Assembly: GCA_963662715.1 (NCBI GenBank)
Contig: OY759724.1
Coordinates: 2,850,001-2,882,000, forward strand
Direction: 5' to 3'
DNA from: Candidatus Omnitrophota bacterium
Lineage (GTDB): Bacteria > Omnitrophota > Gorgyraeia > Zapsychrales > JANLHA01
Length of the DNA stretch: 32,000 nucleotides
The first letter of the stretch is position 1, and each line of letters starts with the position of its first letter. The notes below the pieces were generated by a model. That model ran no database searches, was not told the DNA's origin, and saw only the letters and a program-made list of their open reading frames with translations. A program made the position numbers and the translations under genes. Below are positions 1 to 6,790 of this stretch, piece by piece.

Positions 1-395
1 GAGCTTTTTACAACGGCCTTTAGGATCCGTTCCAGCAGAGGCAGATCCCTGAGCAGCCCGGCGCCTTCTCCCCGCTGGGCATGATTTTTAGCCCAGCATC
101 CGCAGTTAATATCAATAAAGTCCGGGTGCTGCCGGGCGGCCATTTCAGCCGCCTGCTGCACAGAGTCTTCGCGGCTTCCAAAGAGCTGAATCCCGATGGG
201 CCGCTCATCCCCGAGAATCTTAATGCGTTGTTCGGCTTTGGGTATACGGCGGATCAAGGCTTCACAGCTGGTGAACTCGGTCATAAGCACATCCGCCCCC
301 AATTGTTTGCATATGGCGCGAAACGGGATATCCGTAATATCATCCATAGGGGCTAAAAAGAGCGGGTTTTTAATTTCCGTTGATCCTATTCTCAT
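1..395 (-). CDS. tRNA-dihydrouridine synthase (Dus family), N-terminal ~131 codons; 3' end lies beyond the window start
   Basis: Absent from the ORF track because no stop lies inside the window. Hand translation of the minus strand from ATG (complement of 393-395) gives MRIGSTEIKNPLFLAPMDDITDIPFRAICKQLGADVLMTEFTSCEALIRR...PIGIQLFGS...HPDFIDINCGCWAKN...GAGLLRD. This matches the Dus FMN TIM-barrel N-terminus (APMxxxTDxPFR, IQLFG, IDINxGC). Track ORFs 81-356(+) and 20-208(-) are shadows of this frame. Confidence 0.8.
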   Translation of the reverse strand, partial: MRIGSTEIKNPLFLAPMDDITDIPFRAICKQLGADVLMTEFTSCEALIRRIPKAEQRIKILGDERPIGIQLFGSREDSVQQAAEMAARQHPDFIDINCGCWAKNHAQRGEGAGLLRDLPLLERILKAVVKS

Positions 396-549
396 GATGG
401 TAGTCCGGGCTTTAATTTGGAATTCGACCAATTATACTTGATTTACCATTGTTTGCAAACATTTCATAAATAGTGTATATGTATATTTAATCCGAGTTAT
501 GATAATATGAATTCATGAATACGGAAAATTTTGTCCCAGGAAGGATGCC

Positions 550-1851
550 ATGATTTTAAAACAACCGACCGTTTCCTTTTATACCCTAGGCTGCCGGGTG
601 AATCAATCCGAGACGGCCGTTCTGCAAAATATGCTGGAAGACGACGGCTTCCGGGTCGTTGATTTTGAATCTCCGGCTCAGATTGTTGTGATCAATACCT
701 GCACTGTTACGGCCCGGGGGGATGCTGATACAAAACGCATGGTGAACCGGATCAGCCGAAAACACCATCAGACAAAAATTGCTTTGATCGGATGTCAGTC
801 TCAGGTTCAGGGCGCCCGGCTGGCCTCTTTGAAAAATGTGTGCTGGATCGTTGGCACAGAAGCTAAAATGGATTTGGGAGCCATTTTGAAAAACCGGCCG
901 CAGCCGGATTCGGGGCCGCAGGTCTTTGTTTCTCCTATACGCCGCAAAAAATTCACCATGCCTTCGGGAGGGGCAGACCGTCAGCATACAAGGGCCAATT
1001 TGAAAATTCAGGACGGGTGTGATTTTTTCTGTTCGTATTGTGAAATCCCTTATGCCCGGGGCCGGCCCCGCAGCCGGGTGTATCAGGACTTGCTCAAGGC
1101 CGCCCAGAATTTGGCCGAGGCCGGGCATAAAGAGATTGTTTTAACCGGAATCAATTTGGGGTTGTACCGTGACGGGAATTATACTTTAAAGGATGTGATC
1201 GGAGATATGCAGTCCATCCCGGGACTCGCGCGGATACGGATTTCTTCCGTTGAATTCAATACGTTCCCCGACCTCTTGCTGAAACACATGTTCCCCAAAG
1301 GGAAATTATGCCGTTATCTGCATGTGCCTTTGCAAAGCGGAGAGGATGATGTTCTGCAAAGAATGAACCGGCGCTATACGACCGGAGAGTTCTCTGCCTG
1401 GCTTAAGCATGCCCGTAAACAGGTGCCGTATCTGTGTGTGGGGACAGACGTTATTGTGGGGTTCCCGGGGGAGGATGGCGATGCCTTTGATCGAACTTAT
1501 GAATTTCTGAAATCCCAGCCTTTTCAATATTTTCATGTTTTCAGTTATTCGAAAAGACAGCGGGCTAAAAGCCGGAATTTCTCCGGAGAGATTCCGGCGC
1601 ATACGATTCGTAAAAGGAGTGAAATCCTCCGGGCCTTATCTCTGCAGAAAAGAAGAGCTTTCTTTGAATCGTTGGAGGGCAAGGTTGAACCGGTCCTTTT
1701 TGAAGAGGAGAAAAACGGATGCTGGTCCGGGTTGAGTGATAATTTTGTCCGGGTAAGAGTTAAAAGCCCTTTGAACCTGAAAAATCAAATCATTCCTGTC
1801 AGGTTGGAAAAACCTGTTCAACAATATATGGTAGGGACCATGGTCCGTTGA
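550..1851 (+). CDS. mtaB: tRNA t6A37 methylthiotransferase MtaB (radical SAM MTTase with TRAM domain)
   Basis: 433 aa. MTTase N-domain Cys triad C15/C51/C82 (YTLGCRVNQSE, INTCTVT, LIGCQ). Radical SAM motif QDGCDFFCSYCEIPYARGRPRS. C-terminal TRAM-like beta segment (VEPVLFEEE...NFVRVRVKS). AGGAAGGA Shine-Dalgarno at 538-545. Size and N-terminus fit MtaB/YqeV rather than MiaB or RimO. Confidence 0.8.
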   Translation: MILKQPTVSFYTLGCRVNQSETAVLQNMLEDDGFRVVDFESPAQIVVINTCTVTARGDADTKRMVNRISRKHHQTKIALIGCQSQVQGARLASLKNVCWIVGTEAKMDLGAILKNRPQPDSGPQVFVSPIRRKKFTMPSGGADRQHTRANLKIQDGCDFFCSYCEIPYARGRPRSRVYQDLLKAAQNLAEAGHKEIVLTGINLGLYRDGNYTLKDVIGDMQSIPGLARIRISSVEFNTFPDLLLKHMFPKGKLCRYLHVPLQSGEDDVLQRMNRRYTTGEFSAWLKHARKQVPYLCVGTDVIVGFPGEDGDAFDRTYEFLKSQPFQYFHVFSYSKRQRAKSRNFSGEIPAHTIRKRSEILRALSLQKRRAFFESLEGKVEPVLFEEEKNGCWSGLSDNFVRVRVKSPLNLKNQIIPVRLEKPVQQYMVGTMVR

Positions 1852-1875
1852 CGAAATTTTACGAGGGCAAGGAAA

Positions 1876-2757
1876 ATGTCAGTCTTTAATTTTTTTAAGC
1901 AAATTTTTCAAACCTCAAAGAAGACCGCCACAGGAAAAGAAGATGATCCTTTAACGGAGAACCCTGTGGCGCCTGCGGATTTGACGGGTGAGCCTAAGCC
2001 GGAAACAGCAATTTTGGAGAGTCCGGCGCAAACGGATTCCCGCGAAGAGCCTGAGGCCGTGGCTGAAACAGCCCCTTCAGCGCCAACAGGGGAATCAGCC
2101 CGGGAAGCAGCGGAAGCCTCGGCTGCCGTTGCGGATGGAGTTGAAGAAACATCAGAGGATCAAACCCCGCCGAATGAATCAAAAGAACCGGCGCCGGCGG
2201 CCCAGGAGAACGGGGAGGCCGCTCTTGAAAGCGAGCCCCAGGGGCAGGCTCCGGATACGAATCAGCCGACAGAGGCAAAAACAGATCAGGCTCCGAAAGC
2301 AGACCTTCAGCCTCCCAAACAGCTGTTGAAAAAAGTGTTCTTCCTGGGAAGCGGACACGAAAAATTGAACCACAGAATTAAAGATGAACTGAAAAAACTC
2401 GGCTTTTCTTATGTCGATTTGTCGGACAGTTACACGGAAATATCTTTGGATGAAATTACCAACTCGCATCGGGGTGTGTTTTTCAGTATTGTCACTTTAT
2501 CCGGGGATGAATTCATTTACGACAAAAACGGCAAACCGGCCCAGGCTCAATTGGGGGCAAAACAGGATGTTGTTTTCAAGCTGGGCTACTTAATCGGCAA
2601 ATATGGCAAAATGAACTGTTATGTCCTTTTCAAGGAACAAAAGAGTTTTGCTCTGCCCACAAGTCTGCTGCACGGTACTTTTACGGTGCTGGATGATGAT
2701 GCCCGCTGGCGGGACATTTTAAGACATCGGCTTACGGGCAGCGGTTATTCGTTATGA
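1876..2757 (+). CDS. Protein with ~150-aa acidic Pro/Glu/Ala-rich disordered N-terminus and a C-terminal TIR-like domain (COG4271 / CAP12-Pycsar-effector-type TIR-like fold)
   Basis: 293 aa. C-terminal half reads KVFFLGSGHE...FFSIVTLSGDEF...GAKQDVVFKLGYLIGKYGKMNCYVLFKE...ALPTSLLHGTF. This parallels the remembered family consensus VFIVHGxD...FAVVLLTPDD...RARQNVxFELGYFxGKLGRxRVxxLxK...xPSDxxG. Residues 20-150 are low complexity. Confidence 0.55.
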   Translation: MSVFNFFKQIFQTSKKTATGKEDDPLTENPVAPADLTGEPKPETAILESPAQTDSREEPEAVAETAPSAPTGESAREAAEASAAVADGVEETSEDQTPPNESKEPAPAAQENGEAALESEPQGQAPDTNQPTEAKTDQAPKADLQPPKQLLKKVFFLGSGHEKLNHRIKDELKKLGFSYVDLSDSYTEISLDEITNSHRGVFFSIVTLSGDEFIYDKNGKPAQAQLGAKQDVVFKLGYLIGKYGKMNCYVLFKEQKSFALPTSLLHGTFTVLDDDARWRDILRHRLTGSGYSL

Positions 2758-3317
2758 TGAACAGATCTCCTTTTTATAACAATCTGGCTGTGTTTTCCTT
2801 CCTTGTTCTTACGGCGGTTTCCTTTTTGTGCTGTTGCCCCTTCCAGCTTTTTGCCGAGGATCCTTCTCCGACCAGCGTTGATCTTATCGAATGCGGGGAC
2901 CGGAAACTGGCATTTAAGATGTTCTGCAATCCCCGCTGGCAGACCAGCCGAAAAACATTAAGTTTAAAACTTGTGATTGACGGGACCCCCCAGAGAGAAG
3001 TGTCTGTCACGGTTTCCAAATCCGAGGAGGTGGGGCTTTCTTATGAAGACCTGAAGCCGGTGGCCTTAAAACGGGTTTTTGAATATGCCGATGAGTTTAA
3101 ATATGCCAAGACGTATGTGAATTGGAACAGGGTTATCCGGGTGGAAGCTCAGCCTCAGGGCCAGCCGGAAACATACCTGTTGGATTATTTTTTGATACGG
3201 GACAGTCAATTATACCGGATCAGTTATTCCGCCCAAAGCCGGGAGCAGTTCAGGAAATATCTGCCGTTGTTCGCTGAAATGATGCGCAGCTTTGAATTCA
3301 TTAATGTCGGACGGTGA
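2754..3317 (+). CDS. Exported protein of unknown function (N-terminal signal-like hydrophobic segment)
   Basis: 187 aa. N-terminus LAVFSFLVLTAVSFLCCCPFQLFA followed by EDPSP. The start ATG overlaps the upstream stop (ATGA at 2754-2757), implying translational coupling with the TIR-like gene. No motif recognised in the mature part. Confidence 0.5.
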   Translation: MMNRSPFYNNLAVFSFLVLTAVSFLCCCPFQLFAEDPSPTSVDLIECGDRKLAFKMFCNPRWQTSRKTLSLKLVIDGTPQREVSVTVSKSEEVGLSYEDLKPVALKRVFEYADEFKYAKTYVNWNRVIRVEAQPQGQPETYLLDYFLIRDSQLYRISYSAQSREQFRKYLPLFAEMMRSFEFINVGR

Positions 3318-3393
3318 TCTTTTATGTCGGAAAATAAGATAATGTAATGGCCCATAGACAAGAAAGGGAGTTTGTGATATACATTAAGTAACT

Positions 3394-3933
3394 ATGAGAG
3401 TATCTATTTTAATACTGTTCAGTTTACTCTTGCTGGTTTTTCTTCATAACCCCGGTTATGCGGAGATGGTTCATTATTTTGACGAGAACGGGCAGATCCA
3501 CTATGTGAATACGGCTGTGACCAATGTCCCGGAGAAGTATATGAACCAGGTCCGCCCGCAACTGGAAAAGGCGAGACAGCAGGAAGGCGAAAGCAACGTC
3601 ACAGAAAAAAAGGAGGAGGCTCAAAACTCCATGGATATGGGGACAGAACTCTTTGAAGAAAGTGACGCGGCACCCGAGCCTCCTGACAGAATTGTCGTTG
3701 ACGTCTTAAGAAAGGCGGACTGCAAATCCTGTCTGAAACTGTTCTCTGTGTTGAGGCAAAGCAAGATACTTTTCCAGTCCCGTAATGTGGATATTGACCC
3801 CAGGGGGAAAGAGCTGTATGAAAAGTATCCGGATATGGAACTGCCGATTACAGTCGTGGGGGATCAAGCTGTCTCGGGGCTTGATTTTTTTAAAATCAAG
3901 CAACTTGTGCGTGAATTGAAAAATCAGCAGTAA
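3394..3933 (+). CDS. Exported protein: signal peptide + DUF4124-like N-terminal motif + C-terminal glutaredoxin/NrdH-like fold with CxxC
   Basis: 179 aa. Signal-like MRVSILILFSLLLLVFLHNPGYA. Then HYFDENGQIHYVNT (DUF4124-type). C-terminus VVDVLRKADCKSCLKLFSVLRQSKILFQSRNVDID...ELPITVVGDQAVSGLD resembles the Grx beta-alpha-beta CxxC and the cis-Pro/Gly-Asp layout. Confidence 0.5.
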   Translation: MRVSILILFSLLLLVFLHNPGYAEMVHYFDENGQIHYVNTAVTNVPEKYMNQVRPQLEKARQQEGESNVTEKKEEAQNSMDMGTELFEESDAAPEPPDRIVVDVLRKADCKSCLKLFSVLRQSKILFQSRNVDIDPRGKELYEKYPDMELPITVVGDQAVSGLDFFKIKQLVRELKNQQ

Positions 3934-3976
3934 ATGGTCTTGAATATCGTAAACGGAACTATAAACTAAGGACCAA

Positions 3977-4366
3977 GTGATGGGTAAGAAAACTGGTTTT
4001 ACGCTAGTTGAGGTGATGATTGTTGTCGCTATCATCGCCCTTTTAGCCGTTATTGCAATTCCTAACCTTTACCGGGCAAGAGTGCAGGCCAATCAGTCAA
4101 CAGCTCAGGCCCACTTGAAATCTATCGCGAATTCCCTGGAAAACTACGCAGCGATTCATAGTATTTATCCTTCGGATACAACACAACTTTTAGGCGCCAG
4201 CCCCCCGTACCTCAGCATTGACTTTTTTTCCGGATTTCACGCCGGATACAGTTTTACCAGTCAGCTGGGAGATTATTATTATACAATTACGGCCACCCCT
4301 GCGACTTCAGGCGCTGGAACGAGCACGTATACCTTAACGACAGGTGGCGTTATTTCTGCCATCTAA
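3977..4366 (+). CDS. Type IV pilin / type II secretion pseudopilin-like protein (prepilin N-terminal cleavage/methylation domain)
   Basis: MMGKKTGFTLVEVMIVVAIIALLAVIAIPNL is the canonical G|FTLxE prepilin peptidase site plus hydrophobic helix. 3977 is GTG; ATG at 3980, with TAAGGA 8 nt upstream, is the likelier start. No assembly genes are nearby. Confidence 0.8.
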   Translation: MMGKKTGFTLVEVMIVVAIIALLAVIAIPNLYRARVQANQSTAQAHLKSIANSLENYAAIHSIYPSDTTQLLGASPPYLSIDFFSGFHAGYSFTSQLGDYYYTITATPATSGAGTSTYTLTTGGVISAI

Positions 4367-4395
4367 TTCTCAAGCCTCCTAAAAAAACTGAATTT

Positions 4396-4426
4396 TTGAC
4401 AAGAATTTTTAATTGGGATTTAAAAT
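4396..4426 (+). promoter_or_regulatory. Candidate sigma70-type promoter (TTGACA-17 nt-TTTAAA)
   Basis: TTGACA at 4396-4401, 17-nt spacer, TTTAAA at 4419-4424 (or TAAAAT at 4421-4426). Lies in the 396-bp leader before the large operon. Sequence match only. Confidence 0.25.
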
Positions 4427-4449
4427 AAGTCAATAATAGAAGTATTTCC

Positions 4450-4477
4450 TTGACAATCTTTCGGCAAACCTTAATAT
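4450..4477 (+). promoter_or_regulatory. Candidate sigma70-type promoter (TTGACA-16 nt-TAATAT)
   Basis: Consensus -35 TTGACA at 4450-4455, 16-nt spacer, TAATAT at 4472-4477. Best -35/-10 pair in the leader region. Confidence 0.4.
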
Positions 4478-4594
4478 AGTATAAGTGGTTTAAACAGGAT
4501 GGGATAAGAGAAATGAGGGGCGGGGTCAGCCTAAAAGCCTGTTTTTTTTTGCCCTGGGGTTATCTGTCAGCATAAAACAGAGAGAGGGAAATTG

Positions 4595-4603
4595 TGCTAT
4601 AAT
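4595..4603 (+). promoter_or_regulatory. Candidate extended -10 promoter element (TGcTATAAT)
   Basis: TG at 4595-4596 and a perfect TATAAT at 4598-4603, ~160 nt upstream of the first operon gene. No good -35, but the extended -10 could compensate. Confidence 0.35.
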
Positions 4604-4762
4604 GATAAGTATTAAAACTTATTAAGAATAAATCTTTATTACAGTAATATTTATTTTAAACTATAATGACTGCATCTGAAACACCGAATAGATGATAAGG
4701 TTAAAGAGGAGCCCCGGGAAAGACTTGGGTATAGCTTAGAACATGGGAATTAATATAGGAGC

Positions 4763-5830
4763 ATGATCGAACATTCAAAACCAACACTTGGATTAGAAGA
4801 GAAGAAAGCTGTTTTAGACACCCTTGACACAAATTATATCGCGGAAGGGCCACAGGTCCGCTCTTTTGAGGATGAGGTTGCCGCGTATATAGGCTCCGTT
4901 GGGGGTGTAGCCACCTCCACGGGCACATTAGGTCTCCACCTGGCGCTGCTCTGCTTTGACCTCACCCGGAAAGACGAAGTTCTTATCCCGAGTTATACTT
5001 GCCGGTCGGTTTTAAATGCCGTTTTATATTCTGGAGCCCGGCCCGTATTATGCGATGTCAATAAAGACGATTATAACTTATCTCTGACAGAGGTTAAGAA
5101 TAAGATAACATCAAAAACAAAGGTGATAATCGTTCCGCATATGTTTGGCTGTCCGGCCCCCGTGGACCGCTTCAAAGAGCTGGGGATACCCATTATTGAA
5201 GACTGCGCCCACGCTATCGGGGCGGAATATCAGGGCCGGAAAGTAGGATGTTGGGGGGACCTGGCGCTGTTTTCATTCGAGGGTACGAAGTATATCGTTA
5301 CGGGCGAAGGGGGTATGGTTCAGGCCAATTCTCAGGTCATGCTCGATAAACTTCGAAAACTAAAAGAGAGCGATTCTTTTGATTTTTTAACGAAATATAC
5401 TTACCGGATGACTGATTTGCAGGCGGCCGTGGGCCGGGCTCAACTCAGGAAATTAGACGGTTTTATAGAGAAAAGAAGGTCTATCGCTGAAATCTACAAT
5501 AAAGCTTTTCGGACCTTGCCCGTGACCGGCCCAGAGGATAACTTGAAAGAGGGGCATATTTATCAGCGTTATATGATTCAAATCGGCGGGGGTATTCAGG
5601 CTTTCATGGAAAAATGCTATAAGAAAGGGATCAAGGTCAAACAGCCTGTTAAACCCTATGCGCTTCATTCGTATCTGAGGGTGTCTGCCCGGAGGTATCC
5701 TCATACGGAATATATTATGCATTCAGCCGTTTCTGTCCCCATTTATCCGTCGTTAACAGCCGAACAAACGGTTTATATAACTGAAACTTTAAGGGAACTA
5801 TTAACAGAACATCATGCGAAATCCCCATAA
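4763..5830 (+). CDS. DegT/DnrJ/EryC1/StrS-family PLP-dependent aminotransferase (paralog 1)
   Basis: 355 aa. N-terminus KPTLGLEEKKAVLDTLDTNYIAEGPQVRSFEDEVAAYIG. Core IIEDCAHAIGAEYQGRKVGCWGDLALFSFEGTKYIVTGEGGMV with the Schiff-base Lys in FEGTK. Followed by YRMTDLQAAVGRAQLRKLD. Confidence 0.85.
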   Translation: MIEHSKPTLGLEEKKAVLDTLDTNYIAEGPQVRSFEDEVAAYIGSVGGVATSTGTLGLHLALLCFDLTRKDEVLIPSYTCRSVLNAVLYSGARPVLCDVNKDDYNLSLTEVKNKITSKTKVIIVPHMFGCPAPVDRFKELGIPIIEDCAHAIGAEYQGRKVGCWGDLALFSFEGTKYIVTGEGGMVQANSQVMLDKLRKLKESDSFDFLTKYTYRMTDLQAAVGRAQLRKLDGFIEKRRSIAEIYNKAFRTLPVTGPEDNLKEGHIYQRYMIQIGGGIQAFMEKCYKKGIKVKQPVKPYALHSYLRVSARRYPHTEYIMHSAVSVPIYPSLTAEQTVYITETLRELLTEHHAKSP

Positions 5831-6788
5831 CACAACTGTTTCTCACTATGGTTTTTTGACAGAAAAGGCCAAACGCTTTCCTCCGATGATTGTCGTTGAG
5901 ATCACCAACGTTTGCAATCTGGAGTGCATCCATTGTCCGCATGCCTTTATATCCAAGGAGCCCGGGTACCAGCCACGCTATATGGGCTGGGCTCTTTACA
6001 AAAAAATCGTCGATGAAGTTTCGCAATATCCCGGAACGATTTTCCGGCTGCTGTGTGACGGGGAGCCCTTATGCCATCCGCGCTTTATTGATATGCTCCG
6101 TTATGCGAAGGAGAAAAATGTCCGGCCCGTAAATTTCATTACCAACGGTCTCCTGCTGGATTCTTCCAAGGCAGAGGCTGTTCTGCAATCCGGAGTTGAG
6201 GCTGTGGAATTCAGTCTTGATGCGCTTCACAAAGAGACCTACGAGAAGATCCGGGTGGGATCGGATTTTGAAAAGGTTATGCATAATGTCCACCAGTTTA
6301 TTGAAATGCGCGACCGGCTTAAGGCGCAGACCAAAATTTTTGTGAGCATTATCGATCAGCCGGAAGCCGAACAGGAACTGGAGGCCTTCCTCGCTTATTG
6401 GACGCCGAAGGTCGACCGTGTTCTGACGAGGATGTATACCTCTATCCGGGGTTTGGTCGATACGAGAAAGATTAAGATCGACCCCGACCTGACCCGCTGG
6501 CCATGTCCGGATCTCTGGCGGCGTTTTTTTATCAACGTGGACGGCCTGGCGGAATTTTGTGTGGAAGACTGGTATGACCAGTCTGTTATCGGTGACGTGA
6601 CCCAGGCCGGCATTCATGCTATTTGGCGGTCTCCCGCCTATGAGCGGATCAGGGGCCTGCATTTGCAGGGGAAATTTGAAGAGGTGTCTTATTGCCACCA
6701 CTGTTTAGACTGGCGGGCCCGTGACTGGCATTATGATTATTTCCTGGCCCTTAAAGAAGTTTTGAATCATGAAACAAAGACGGAGTAA
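5814..6788 (+). CDS. Radical SAM enzyme with a single-auxiliary-cluster SPASM/twitch-type C-terminal domain
   Basis: 324 aa. EITNVCNLECIHCPH is CX3CX2C. The C-terminal Cys pattern is C-x17-C-x44-C-x2-C (CPDLWRRFFINVDGLAEFC...YCHHC). It includes the G-x4-C hairpin but lacks the CX5CX3C part of a full SPASM. Overlaps the upstream gene by 17 nt; an alternative start is at 5886. Confidence 0.85.
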   Translation: MRNPHNTTVSHYGFLTEKAKRFPPMIVVEITNVCNLECIHCPHAFISKEPGYQPRYMGWALYKKIVDEVSQYPGTIFRLLCDGEPLCHPRFIDMLRYAKEKNVRPVNFITNGLLLDSSKAEAVLQSGVEAVEFSLDALHKETYEKIRVGSDFEKVMHNVHQFIEMRDRLKAQTKIFVSIIDQPEAEQELEAFLAYWTPKVDRVLTRMYTSIRGLVDTRKIKIDPDLTRWPCPDLWRRFFINVDGLAEFCVEDWYDQSVIGDVTQAGIHAIWRSPAYERIRGLHLQGKFEEVSYCHHCLDWRARDWHYDYFLALKEVLNHETKTE

Positions 6789-6790
6789 AC

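Noticed and set aside
20-356. Track ORFs 20-208 (-) and 81-356 (+) at the left edge.
   Set aside because: A different minus-strand frame, open to the window edge, encodes a clear Dus N-terminus starting at 395. These two ORFs are out-of-frame shadows.
396-549. Divergent dus/mtaB intergenic region with the ATGAATTCAT palindrome and several TTGxxx / TAxxxT hexamers.
   Set aside because: In AT-rich sequence such matches are expected by chance, and no pair has both consensus hexamers at proper spacing. It was not called as a feature.
1988-2329. Alternative-frame ORFs (1988-2329 +, 1994-2278 -) in the first half of the TIR-like gene.
   Set aside because: They coincide with the GA/CC-rich low-complexity coding region and give Arg/Pro/Lys-rich nonsense. 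The annotated frame continues into a recognisable folded domain.
4537-4550. T9 tract considered as an intrinsic terminator for the pilin-like gene.
   Set aside because: No GC-rich hairpin immediately precedes the T-run. The only complement, AAACAGG/CCTGTTT, encloses a ~40-nt loop and is AT-rich.
4513-4575. 20-codon ORF (MRGGVSLKACFFLPWGYLSA) considered as a RiPP precursor for the rSAM array. I also scanned the other tiny ORFs in 4367-4762, at 22756-22800 and at 30380-30466.
   Set aside because: There is no convincing SD and no leader/core organisation or repeated core. No recognition-element (RRE), protease or transporter genes are in the cluster. The ORF is kept only as part of the leader-region observation.
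4367-4762. Cobalamin riboswitch upstream of the B12-enzyme operon. I also checked the minus-strand leader at 30066-30300.
   Set aside because: I could not find the conserved B12-box-like core (GCCACTG-type element with flanking GGGAA / GGTGCC features) on either strand. Only loose fragments are present, such as GCCCGCAC on the minus strand near 30190. A covariance-model scan would be needed to be certain.
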